The notes below the pieces were generated by a model that ran no database searches, was not told the DNA's origin, and saw only the letters and a program-made list of their open reading frames with translations. The position numbers were made by a program, and so were the translations under genes. This document shows, in pieces, positions 1 through 9,876 of a stretch of DNA of 64,000 bases. How positions within the stretch are numbered: the first letter of the stretch is position 1; every line of letters begins with the position of its first letter. Source of the stretch: an uncultured delta proteobacterium (lineage in GTDB: Bacteria; Desulfobacterota; Binatia; UBA9968); contig CAWDPO010000009.1 of assembly GCA_963804165.1 (NCBI GenBank), positions 1 through 64,000 on the forward strand, written 5' to 3'.

Positions 1-485
1 CCGTATGGGATGGCGGTCGCAGGCGACGGCGCGATCTGGTTTGCCGAAAACGCCATGAACAAGATGGGCCGACTCGACCCGGTCACGGGCAAGATCGATG
101 AGTTCGATATTCCAGTGGCAGGCCGGCCCCACGCAAGATGGGGACGGACGCCGAAGGCCCCATCTGGGTCGGCCTTCACGGCGCCGGCAAGCTCATGAAG
201 ATCGATTATAAGACCACGAAGATGACCGTCTACACGCCACCGAGCGAGGATTCCGGCGTATACTTGGCGGACGTTGATTTAAAGCACAACTTGATCTGGG
301 TGAGCTTGCAGCACGTGGACAAGATCGCGCGATTCGACCCCAAGACCGAGACATGGGTGGAGTTTCCTCTGGCAACTGCAGAGTCGGATGCGCGAAGGAT
401 CGAAGTCGATCAAAACAATCCGAACCGCGTCTGGTGGTCCGGCAATCTCTCCAACCGTATGGGTTACATCGAGGTGTTGAAATAG
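1..485 (+). CDS. Vgb/virginiamycin B lyase-like beta-propeller protein, 5' partial, one frameshift near 120-140
   Basis: ORFs 10..198 and 138..485 join into repeated G-x-IWF/V...N/D-K-I/M-G/A-R-x-DP-x-T blades typical of Vgb/NHL propellers. Confidence 0.75.
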
Positions 486-635
486 ACCGATCCGCGGCGG
501 TGGATGAAGGCGATCCGCCGCCACGGGAACTCTATGCTTTCGCGTGCGCTGATAATCAACGCTCCCAATGAACTATTCTGCAGTAAACTGAGGGGTAATC
601 AGAACGTAGCGCTGAGAATTTATTTATCCCAAAGA

Positions 636-715
636 CCCCCCCCCCGGACTGGTTTTAGTCGGAGGTCCAGATCCGGTCTGGCCTGGATTCCCGATAGAAG
701 CATTCGGGAATGACA
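636..715. repeat. REP-like palindromic element (ATTCCCGA-N9-TCGGGAATGACA)
   Basis: Inverted repeat ATTCCCGA/TCGGGAAT at 687-711 ending in TGACA, preceded by a second weaker hairpin, in an intergenic gap. Confidence 0.6.
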
Positions 716-830
716 GATTTAAGAAATCTGGAAAACCCTTCAGGCATCAAGCTGCGAGGAATCAGACCCGCAGTGTCTAAAGGTACGCATGGACGTGCCA
801 CCCGCTGTTTCCTAATAGCAGCCGTTCGAG

Positions 831-1763
831 TCAAGAATTTTCAGGGAGTGGGATAAATTCATTATCGCCCCGCACCGACGGAAAGCGACCGTTTTTCCAA
901 TCGGCTTTTGCTTGTTCGATGCGTTCGCGCGAGTTGGAAACGAAGTTCCACCAGAGATGCCGTGGACCGTCGAGAGGCTCGCCGCCGAAAAAGAAGCAGC
1001 CGCGCGGTTGCCTTCGCCTTGACCGTAATCTCATCACCGGATGAGAAAACCAAAAGCCGTCCCGGACTAAAAAGCGCTGCCCTGCGATCTCGACGTCGCC
1101 CTCAAGGAGATAAAGCGCGCGCTCGACGTATTCGTTCGCGATTGAACAGCGTTAGCGTCTGGTTTTCAAGCTGCGCATCCACGTAAAACAGCGAGCGAGA
1201 AAGCGTTCACAGGTGATGTTTTACCGTAAAGGGAACCAGCGATGACGCGCACCGTTTTCCCTTCGCCTTCGATCACGGGCAAAGACGCGGCGGGGATAAT
1301 GCGTGAAATCCGGAGCCGTTTCCTCGTGCGTCTTGGGCAGAGCCACCCAGATCTGAATGCCATAAAGACTTTGCCGCCGTTTTCTGAGCTCAGCATCGGA
1401 ACGTTCGGAGTGAACAATGCCGCGCCCCGCGGTCATCCAGTTGACCGCGCCGGGCTCGATCGATTGCACGGTGCCGAGACTGTCCCGATGCACGATAAAG
1501 TTCCGGCAAATAGATAAGTGACCGTGGCAAGACCGATATGCTGATGCGGCCGCACGTCGATGCCCGAGCCGGGCATCAGCTCTGCTAGGTCCCATCTGAT
1601 CGAAGAATACGAACGGCCCCACGCTCCGCCGCTCCAACGATGGCAGTAAGCGGCGGACTTCGAAGCCGCCAATGTCGCGCGGCCGCGGCACGATGACTGT
1701 TTCGAGCGCCTTGCAGCCCGGCGTTGCAGTCGCTTCCGGTTCTTCAGCAGATAGCCAACTCAT
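831..1763 (-). CDS. Pirin family protein (several frameshifts)
   Basis: Segments [57 protein letters not shown] and [17 protein letters not shown] across frames. Confidence 0.9.
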
Positions 1764-2010
1764 GACGCTTTCCTTTCAATTCAAAAACACCGCGCTAATT
1801 GTTGAGGGTAAAGACCTGGCCTTCTCCATTGCGGGTCAAAGCCATCAGCGACTACCACAACTAGCTCTAGTGCTGCTATTGGGTGGCGATTGAATATCCA
1901 TTGGCTCGTTGGATTCATGCAAGTGAATAGGGAATGTCAGGAGTCACCAATAACGGTGATGTTCAAGAAGTCCCTTGCGAGCTAATTATGCGGGCTTGAA
2001 GCGGTGCCTG

Positions 2011-2903
2011 CTACGTAACCGTTAAGCGGCTGCGGGCTCGCGTCGATCTCGCGCAGAAAATCTTCAACAGCGTTCCAAAACTCGTCGCGCCGTTCGATGC
2101 CGTAGTGGCGCGCGCCGGCGAGCAGCGACGACGCGCTGCGGCCCACCCCAGGCGCGCGCCAACGCCGCGCCGTTTGCGGCCGGCGTAACGTCGTCGTTTT
2201 CCCCGAGGACGAAGAGCGCGGGAATATTGATCATCGGCGCCATCGCGGCGGCGTCGTAGCGGCCGTTGAGGATGAGCCCTAACTGGAAGCCACGGATACC
2301 GTTCCCCGCCGAGCGCGGCAAAGCTATCGAAAGGCGTGGCGAGAATCGCACCGCGCAGGCGGCGTGCTTTCGCCAGCGCGACGCTGAAATAGCTACCCAA
2401 GCTCCGGCCGAGCACAACGATTTTCGACGCGTCCACGTCGGGCCTTGCGATGGCGTAGTCGTAGATTCGTTTTGTGTCTTCCAAGAGGATTCCCTCAGAG
2501 GGCTCGCCTTCGGAGAGGCCGAAGCCGCGGTAGTTCATGAACAGCCAGCCCCAATGCTCGGGTTTGTCGGCGCGTTCGATCATCCAGGAAGTTTCCCGGC
2601 GAACACCACCAAAGACGATCACCAACGGAAACCGTCCGCCAACTCGCGCCGTTTCGGGACGCTTGAGCCAACCATGCAATGTCACACCATCTGGGGTTTT
2701 TAGGCGCACTTCCTCGATACGATTGCCGGTGGATGCAATCATTGCGAGTCGTGCGCGGTCCGAGTCCCACCGCCGAAACAGGAAACGTTGCTCGATCGGT
2801 TCGAGCACTTATATTCGCAGCCGCCAGCGAGCAGTGCTGCGACAGCGGCGATGATGACAAGCGAGGATCTAAACTTGAATCGACTGGATTCGGACTTGAG
2901 CAT
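2011..2903 (-). CDS. Alpha/beta hydrolase (ABHD13/Bem46-like), probable lipoprotein; frameshifted
   Basis: TPDGVTLHGW, NYRGFGLSEGEPSE, nucleophile elbow GRSLG, GENDDVTP; N-terminus MLKSESS..AALLAGGC with lipobox in another frame. Confidence 0.8.
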
Positions 2904-3068
2904 GAAATCTATTCGCTACTTCCCTTTTGCTTTTATGACGGATGAGACTTTTCCCGCCTCGACTGAACCCACTGGATATTAGAATAGACGCGACAGTCCT
3001 ACAATACACTCGTAAAATCCGGACGCGGCACTACCAGCTCTGCGGTCTCGGCAGTTAGCTATCCCGCT

Positions 3069-3131
3069 TTCTAACTGAGCGGCGGCCACGGGCGAAGCCG
3101 GTTGACTGTCCGCTCGATGGAAGGGTTAGCC
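3069..3131 (-). other. attC-like integron cassette recombination site (degenerate; L'/spacer shortened)
   Basis: Minus strand: GGCTAAC CCTTC CATCGAGC GGACAGTCAACCGGCTTCGCCCGTGGCCGCC GCTCA GTTAGAA. The R'' AAC overlaps the GST stop codon and GAGCGG pairs with CCGCTC. Confidence 0.7.
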
Positions 3132-3766
3132 GTCATAGCGGTAGCTGCTGTCACCGTGCGGCGCGGCCCATGAACTCTGGAAGCGCTTCGGCCTTCGCGG
3201 AGAAGACGACCAGGGACGGATAGTTGCCGGCCGGCACGACTTCAGCGAGCATTTGTTGCGTGAAGTGCCATGCGACCGGTGCACTCACACCCGCTTGGGT
3301 GATGGCTGTACTGGTGGCAGCGGGCGGACGGCGCGCACTCTTCCTCGAGGGCTACGATAGGCTGCGAGCAACTGACCGGTGACTCGCGTTACCCAAGGTT
3401 CATGCAACTTCTCGGGCGGCCGCAGGCCGCGTTCGTAGATGATCTGAACGCTCTTTTCGCAGGCGGCGAGGAGCCAACCCGATGATTCGCAGAGCGTGCT
3501 GAAGCTCCTGTGGACTTGGATGGCATGAGGCTACGGGGACGCGCAACTGCTTCCGCATACTCCAGGATCAACGTCGAAGTCCATCAGCACCTCGCCGTCG
3601 TTGCAGATGAGGGTGGGGTGCCTTGACGACGGGATTGATCTGCTGGAACTGAGTGAACGTACGGAAGACCGAAAGCGATTGATGCTCGAAGCGCAGGTCG
3701 AAGAAGCTGCAGCGAGATAGCTACGCGGTGGACGTAAGGCGAATCCAGCATTCCGATGAGCTGCAC
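3126..3766 (-). CDS. Glutathione S-transferase (YibF-like), cassette-borne, multiple frameshifts
   Basis: MQLIGMLDSPYVHRVAISLQLL N-terminus, INPVVK-P..DSTLILEY and C-terminal ITQAGVS..VAWHFTQQML..YPSL; RBS GAGGA before GTG. Confidence 0.8.
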
Positions 3767-3829
3767 GGGTGTTCCTCTTTGTGACGGCTAACTAATTGAG
3801 TATACTGATTCGTGTACTAGCATATTTAA

Positions 3830-5021
3830 GGAATCTCTGAACAAGCCCTTCAGTAATGTCGTCTAATATCGAAAAGCAGCAAGACCGACAATGGTAGAGG
3901 AGGAAACAGATTGAAGGAGCAGACAACGTTTGCGAGTTTAGCGTGGGCGGAAGAGAAAAAGCAGACCAAGCGAGAGAAGTTTTTGTCTGAGATGGATCAA
4001 GTGGTGCCGTGGGAGAAATTGCTGGCGTTGATCGAAGCGCACTATCCCAAAGCCGGCAGTGGACGGCGACCGATGCCGTTGGAACGGATGCTGACGGATA
4101 TACTTTGTGCAGCAGTGGTACGGGTTGTCCGATCCCGGGATGGAAGAAGCGTTGTACGACATCGAGTCGGTGCGGCGATTTGCCGGGATAGAGTTGGGGC
4201 AAGAAGAAATTCCCGATGAGACCACGATTTTAAACTTTCGCCACTTACTGGAAAAGCACCAGTTAACCGAGAAGCTGTTGGAAGAGGTCAACGGGTATTT
4301 GAGCGAGAAAAGGCTTTTGCTCAGACAAGGCACGATCGTAGACGCCACGCTGATCGGTGCGCTCGTCCTCGACCAAGAACAAGGACAAGAAACGCGACGG
4401 GGAGATGAGTTCGACCAAGAAGGGCAACAACTACCACTTCGGCATGAAGGTGCACACGGGGAACTGGACAGTCAGAGCGGTTTGGTGCACACGGTCAAAG
4501 TGACCACGGCCAGTGTGCATGACAAGCAGGAGATGGAAGCGCTCCTTCATGGAGAAGAGTAAAGCGGTGTTTGCCGACAAGGGTTACTGCAGCGACCAGG
4601 ATAAGCGCTCAGCTGGAAAGACGGGACTATTCTGGGGCGTGTTGGACAAGGCCAAGAGCAAAAAGAGCTTGAGCCATAAGCAGCGGCGCAGAAACAGAAA
4701 ACTGTCCAGTATACGGGCCAAGGTGGAGCATCCGTTTCGGGTGGTCAAGCGCCAGTTCGGCTACATCAAGACCCGGTATCGGGGATTGAAGAAAAACGCG
4801 GCACAGATCTACACGCTGTTTGCGCTGGCCAATCTGTATCGAGTGCGCCGTGCTTTGTTGGCGTAGTCCGATGGGGAGGAGCTTGGGCCGTCCACAAACG
4901 CATTGAGTGGCCAAGAAATCGAGGCAAACCCCATCCGATGTAATCACCGAGCCGCTTAGTCAACATGAAACAGTTTTAGATAATCGCCCCCTTCCAAATA
5001 ACGTAGTTATTCAGAGGTTCC
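3830..5021 (+). mobile_element. IS5 family insertion sequence, about 1.19 kb
   Basis: Terminal inverted repeats GGAATCTCTGAACAA (3830-3844) and TTATTCAGAGGTTCC (5007-5021), flanked by TTAA at 3826-3829 and 5022-5025. Confidence 0.9.
3911..4866 (+). CDS. IS5 family DDE transposase (frameshifted over ORFs 3911, 4107, 4513)
   Basis: [78 protein letters not shown]. Confidence 0.9.
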
Positions 5022-5461
5022 TTAAGACGTGTCTGGCCAAACTCCAACAAGGTTTTACTGACAGCTTTAAACAGAAGACCCAGTACGATCTTCTTGTTGG
5101 CAAGGATCAGCCGGTTCAGTTCATGGGGTAAGGTAAAGACCAAATGAAAATATCCCACCGGCAAAAGCTCAGAGGTTTGCTTCTCCAACCACCGAGCCTT
5201 AGCCAAGGCTTGGCACTTGGGACAGTGGCGGTTACGGCAGGAGTTATAAGCCGGACGCTCAAAGCCGCAAGACTCGCATCGATCCAGATGCCCGCCCAAC
5301 TCTTGGGTGCGGCAGGCCGAAACGGCCCGCACCACCTTTTGCTCGCAGGCCAATAAACGATGCGTTCGTTGGTAGCTCTCCCCGTACTGACGAAAAACAT
5401 CGGCCAGCTCGGGACGCGCCCTTTTTTCTCCTGCCGCCAGCCCAGGGCTGGCCGGCAGCAT
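5022..5461 (-). pseudogene. IS91-family transposase, N-terminal zinc-binding part only (truncated by IS5)
   Basis: ELADVFRQYG..CRTQELGGH..C..C..YNSCRNRHCPKCQ..YFHLVFTLPHEL; the reading frame runs into the IS5 end. Confidence 0.85.
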
Positions 5462-5474
5462 GTGGCCAACCTGG

Positions 5475-6327
5475 CTACAGCGAGTCGTTGCGCGGATCGA
5501 GCAAGTCCAACGGACTCGTGGTCGAGCCCAGCTTGGGCTGGCGGATTTGCAGATAGCGCTGGGTACTCTGAAGCGAGTTATGACCCAACAGCGTCTTAAT
5601 AGTCACCAGATCCACTCCCGCTTCTAACAGGTGGGTGGCGAAACAGTGACGCAGCGTGTGAATCCCTTTGCCTTTTTCAATGCCCGCTTTTGTGCTTGGC
5701 GAGATTGTAGACTTTCTGCGCGGCGGTGATGTGCAGGGGATCATTTCTGGTTTTACCAAAGAAGACCCACAGCACGGGTTGATAGGCCTGCTTATATTTT
5801 CTCAGCTCGCCAAGCAGCCGTTGGGAGAGAGTCGTGTAGCGGTCTTTTTTCCCTTTGCCCTGTTCCACTCGGATCATCATACGCTCGGGATGAATGTCGC
5901 TGAGTTTGAGGTGGATTAGCTCAGTGACCCGAAGTCCCGCCGCATAAGCGATGATTTCAGAAAACAGCGGTCTCTGAGCTTGACCGCGGCGCAAAGCAAT
6001 CGCTCGACTTCCCTGGGGCTCAACACCTCGGGCAACCGCCACGTCCGTTTTCTCTGGCCGCAAGAACAGCTGCTCTTCGTTCCAGCCCAAAACTTGCTGA
6101 TAGAAAAACCGTAGCCCCGAGATCGCCACGTTCTGGGAATTGGCGGATAAGCCTCGTTCCTGGAGATGCAACAGATAGGCGCGGATCTCGTCTTGCGTCA
6201 GTTGATCCGGGAATCGATGATAGTGCCTGTCCAGCCCCACCATCGCCGCAACGTAGGACTTCTGCGTCCTCGATGCGAAATTTCTCAGCTTCATCTCCTC
6301 GATCATCTTGTCGCGTAATACTCCCAT
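5475..6327 (-). CDS. Tyrosine recombinase (SAM-like N-domain) of an IS91-type composite element; frameshifted
   Basis: MGVLRDKMIEEMKLRNFASRTQKSY, YAAGLRVTE, GKGKKDRY, HTLRHCFATHLLEAGVDL..LLGH..TQRY. Confidence 0.9.
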
Positions 6328-6689
6328 AAAAAACCCTCCTTGGATTTAAATTTGGGAGCGACGCTATCACGCGAACTGAGAAAACCGGGAGTGGAATTGA
6401 ACTGTGAAACCTAACGCAGATTTCGAAAGCAGTCTAAAGCAGAAAACTCCGCACGGCATCCCCCACCGCGCAGCGGTTTAGTTCAACTATTAAGTGAGCC
6501 GCCGTAGGCGGCGACAACCACTGGTCGGCTTATCCTCGCGATGGCTCGGACAATAAATGTTCAAATCGACCGAAATATCGATCAGCTAACTCGGTTTGTC
6601 AACGTTAAGTCTTTCGTCAAAAGCCGACCAGCACGGCGGTTTATTCTCCCTACCAATCGGTAGCTTATCTCGGCCAGTCATCAAACTTC

Positions 6690-6864
6690 TATAGTCGTTC
6701 AATCGGTCAAAGGCGGATTCGGTCGGATAACCGTGCACGTTACGCGGCAAATCATCCCTTACGAGAATACGCCGCGGACATTTGTAGGCGTCGAGATGTT
6801 GAGCGCATAAATGCAAAAGGTCGCGCTCGGTCGTCTGTCCCACGGTGATCACCTCGGCGTGCAC
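6690..6864 (-). pseudogene. C-terminal fragment of an AMP-binding (acyl-CoA synthetase) enzyme
   Basis: L..LCAQHLDAYKCPRRILVRDDLPRNVHG matches the AMP-binding_C L..YK.P......LPRN..G pattern; no upstream domains. Confidence 0.55.
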
Positions 6865-6876
6865 AGTGAGTTGGGG

Positions 6877-7199
6877 TCAGTCCTTTACTTTATAGCGCCG
6901 TAAGACTGCGTCCATCTTCCTGCTCGTCTCCCCGTGCTCAATTTTCGCCTGGATCTGTGAAATCCGCGCAGGAGATACTCCCACACGTCGAGCCACATCC
7001 CCCCAACGGAAGTTTTCCTACCCGGCGCATCAAATAGGCTGCTAACCAATACGCCTCCACATGATTCCTGTCGAGTACTTCAGCAGATCAAGAAAGTCCG
7101 CTTGTCTTGATCAACCAAATATATATTTTTCCGATGATCACCTCGCGAGGTCAGATGATTGAGGGCTCCAGCAAATTTCAACCGTAGCGGGCGTGCTAA
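6877..7199 (-). pseudogene. Internally deleted REP-associated tyrosine transposase (RAYT/Y1) remnant
   Basis: Manual translation: xARPLRLKFAGALNHLTSRGDHRK..DQDKRTFLDLL joined to a C-terminal HTH AAYLMRRVGKLPL..VARRVGVSPARISQIQ..YKVKD*, ending in TGACCCC. Confidence 0.65.
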
Positions 7200-7935
7200 A
7201 GAAATTGTGAATTGCTCTGAATATCAGCCACCTACCCCAACTCGTCAAGAAATTTCTGCCAATAAAACCCGCCGGAGTCGGCAGCCTATCTCCTTAACGA
7301 GTCGCAGCCTATCTCCGTCCAGCCACCGCAAAAAGCCAGGCAGGATTAAACTGAACGACGGGGGATACGGGTCCACTTCCAATTTGGGCCTCGGTCGAGC
7401 AACTGCCCCTCCCCCACCAGCCACCACTAATCTTGATTTAATCTTGATTCGGCGCACGGCACACGACCTGCGGTCATTTGCTTTCCGACGCGACACGCAA
7501 TCTTGATTCGGAGCATTTAGCCAAGAGTTCTAGAACCATTCGTCGCTCCGCTTTAGCCGCTTTAGTACAAAGCCCATGGCGATACATGCCGTAAAATATA
7601 TGCAGTGTATTTAGAGATACAGCACAAGCGAGACTCTCGCCGGTTTTGACGTGGGTTGGGCACCCGTGGCGAGAACTCTTAACAAAGGAACGGGCGAGAA
7701 AGCTAACTGCTGCCGCAGGAAATTGGAAGTGGAGCCGGCATCGCCCCGGAGACTGTCAGCATCAGTCTACCGGCGAAGGGCTATGGCAAAACGAATATGC
7801 CGACTCCTTTAATTTTATAATTGACCCAAGAGCCTGAAAAAAGTACCCCAGCCCAATTATTTCGACAATTTCCGGACGACCTCCTCGGTGCGTTTATCAG
7901 AGAGAGGTCTTGCGCCGTTTCGCCAAGTATTTGCC

Positions 7936-8085
7936 TCAGGACCGGATGATAGCCCAGCGAAATCCGTAACCGCATTTCATGCAGAAACCGTGGATAGCGC
8001 GAACCTTCTTGATCAGCGAATCAAGAATCGCTATCCCCATGACCGCTTTGCACCTGGGGCAATGACGGGTGAGATGCTTCGGCAT
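7936..8085 (-). CDS. 49-aa zinc-ribbon microprotein (below ORF track cut-off)
   Basis: MPKHLTRHCPRCKAVMGIAILDSLIKKVRAIHGFCMKCGYGFRWAIIRS*; two CxxC motifs. Confidence 0.55.
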   Translation of the reverse strand: MPKHLTRHCPRCKAVMGIAILDSLIKKVRAIHGFCMKCGYGFRWAIIRS

Positions 8086-8196
8086 ATCTTCAGCGTAGCT
8101 CGCGACTGGGAGTGTCTCAATTGGGGTTTCCGCTAAGTCCGGAAATTAAGAGTGGAGTCGGCACGCCCCCACTACGCCGCGTTACTTATCTCTGCC

Positions 8197-8334
8197 TCAA
8201 AATCTTAGCAACACCGCGTCTAGGGCGTACATCAAACTCATAGCGATGGTCGCTGAGTAAAAGAAAAACAGAAAGGTCACCGTCGCCAAACCCACCCTGA
8301 AGAGCAGTCTCACGATGCGCTTGCGTGATGGCAA
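8197..8334 (-). CDS. 45-aa hydrophobic membrane microprotein
   Basis: TTG start 5 nt after AGGAG, which overlaps the upstream stop; (M)PSRKRIVRLLFRVGLATVTFLFFFYSATIAMSLMYALDAVLLRF*. Confidence 0.5.
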   Translation of the reverse strand: MPSRKRIVRLLFRVGLATVTFLFFFYSATIAMSLMYALDAVLLRF

Positions 8335-8343
8335 TATGACTCC

Positions 8344-8439
8344 TCAGCTTGGCCGAAAATGAGTGAGAACTACCAGCCAGATAGCTTGAGCGAGGAGATA
8401 GGCAAGCAATAGCCTAAGAGCAAAATTTCGCATTTTCAT
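8344..8439 (-). CDS. 31-aa single-TM microprotein
   Basis: GGAGG RBS, then MKMRNFALRLLLAYLLAQAIWLVVLTHFRPS*. Confidence 0.5.
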   Translation of the reverse strand: MKMRNFALRLLLAYLLAQAIWLVVLTHFRPS

Positions 8440-8492
8440 ATTGCCTCCACCGGCACGGCGCTTCTTATGGGCTCTGTCTGGGAACCATATGA

Positions 8493-8507
8493 GCATGCCG
8501 TGTGCCG
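8493..8507 (-). promoter_or_regulatory. sigma54-type -24/-12 promoter
   Basis: CGGCACACGGCATGC (GG-N10-GC), about 55 nt upstream of the 8439 start. Confidence 0.55.
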
Positions 8508-8685
8508 TCCTGTTCGGGCGGAGGTTGGGAGAAATCGTTGCGACAGACAGGAATAAAGACGGCGCAGTTCCGCGGCAAGTTTGCCCGACCATTCCTTGGT
8601 CGTAGGCTATCCGGTAAAAGCTGGGTCGCCAGCCTTCAAAAGCATTACATTGGGTAAGTCAGATGGCCGGCAGAAATGAGCCGCT

Positions 8686-9165
8686 TCAACTACGATGTGT
8701 GAGTATGTCGATCGGATTTGAAATGCGACTACGCTGCTTGTACATGTTCACAGCGATCTCGCGAATCAAATCCATAAGTAGAATTTCGGATTGAACTTCT
8801 CCTGCTCGCGTTTGATATTCAACTTCTACCTCACCAGCAGATACCCAGCCGTTGTTGAGCCGCAGTAACTGCGCCCGTTTAGTGTCAACGTACCGGCCTG
8901 TACTCCGCAGAATTTGGGGTAGGCTATCGAAGCGAAATTGGGACTTCGTTAGCCGACGCTGGGCCTGACCTTCACGGTCGAGAATCGTGATGGTATCAGC
9001 TGAGTAGTGCAGCCTGAGAATACCCGTGAATGGTGGTTTGGGATCGGCGCATCGAACGACAAATCCATCGCCGTCAGTGATTAACTCGAAGATGTCGATG
9101 TTCTGGCGTTCCAGTGCTTGACCGACACACCGAAGGGCGCTAGCGTAATTAGGAATATAGAACAT
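8686..9165 (-). CDS. Hypothetical protein with internal repeat (LRxxGxxL/V.. twice)
   Basis: 159-aa ORF with AGAGGA RBS; YASALRCVGQALE and LPQILRSTGRYVD are similar; upstream TTGCAA-N18-TATCTT. Confidence 0.65.
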   Translation of the reverse strand: MFYIPNYASALRCVGQALERQNIDIFELITDGDGFVVRCADPKPPFTGILRLHYSADTITILDREGQAQRRLTKSQFRFDSLPQILRSTGRYVDTKRAQLLRLNNGWVSAGEVEVEYQTRAGEVQSEILLMDLIREIAVNMYKQRSRISNPIDILTHRS

Positions 9166-9382
9166 ACCATTCCTCTTAGAACGCCTTGAAATAGGCGCCT
9201 AAGATAGCCGAGAAGAAATGGCCTTTGCAAGTGTGCTTAAGAGGGGTGGCCGGAAATTATGCTGAAACAGGCAAGTCCAGCGATGGATCCAAACCGTTGT
9301 ATGCGGCGGGATCAACCCTGATTTGTATTTTGTTCATCACAAGTGGCGCAAACCGAAAGGGAGTGGTCACAGGACACCTTTA

Positions 9383-9679
9383 TCAGGTGTAAAGAGTAAG
9401 CGGATTTAATCGGTCTTTGCGATCAGACTCGTTGTTGACCGGGGTTATCCATTTGTGACTTTCCAGAACCCGCTTGGAGTCTTCCTTGGACTCCCCACCC
9501 GTATCAAAACGGCTACGGTGCGGATACGTCACGCGAAAAAACGAATCTCCACCAGAGTTGTTTCCCACCAGTTTGCTTACACTGACATTAGTATCTCGGG
9601 AGTCAGCAGCATCTCCTATTCGTGTGAGGCCGCATAAAGCGATGAAACCGCCGAGTGCTAGAACAGAAATCTTTTTCAT
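9383..9679 (-). CDS. Hypothetical secreted protein
   Basis: MKKISVLALGGFIALCGL..GDA signal peptide; GGAAGG RBS. Confidence 0.55.
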   Translation of the reverse strand: MKKISVLALGGFIALCGLTRIGDAADSRDTNVSVSKLVGNNSGGDSFFRVTYPHRSRFDTGGESKEDSKRVLESHKWITPVNNESDRKDRLNPLTLYT

Positions 9680-9789
9680 GGAACCTTCCAGATTTGTGAG
9701 TCTCGTCAGACTGCCATCGCTTGGTTATCGTCGTCAGCCATTATCCCAGAGCAATGACGATCGAAACAAGAAAACTAAAAAGCCCTGGG

Positions 9790-9847
9790 GCCGGAGCAAG
9801 GAATTTCAAAAGGTGTTGTAACGGAGGTGCGGCTCCCTTGCTCCAGC
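9790..9847 (-). ncRNA. Candidate sigma54-dependent hairpin RNA 1 (sRNA or 5' leader)
   Basis: Stem GCUGGAGCAAGG/CCUUGCUCCGGC with one G-U pair, loop containing CACCUCC, followed by a U-rich tract; starts 15 nt after a -12 box. Confidence 0.5.
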
Positions 9848-9861
9848 TAGAAGATGCTTGA

Positions 9862-9876
9862 GCATGAACCGTGCCC
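9862..9876 (-). promoter_or_regulatory. sigma54-type -24/-12 promoter
   Basis: GGGCACGGTTCATGC (GG-N10-GC). Confidence 0.6.

Larger units (their letters stand above)
5022..6487 (-). mobile_element. Tyrosine recombinase plus IS91-like transposase element (one end retained)
   Basis: Integrase-tnp gene pair and a terminal hairpin CCACCGCGCAGCGGTTTAGTTCAAC at about 6463-6487. Confidence 0.65.

Noticed and set aside
5475-6327. Tyrosine recombinase as the integron integrase for the GST cassette
   Set aside because: Lacks the IntI-specific insertion between boxes and is paired with an IS91 transposase
7245-7496. 83-aa minus-strand ORF
   Set aside because: No RBS or domain; runs through short repeats
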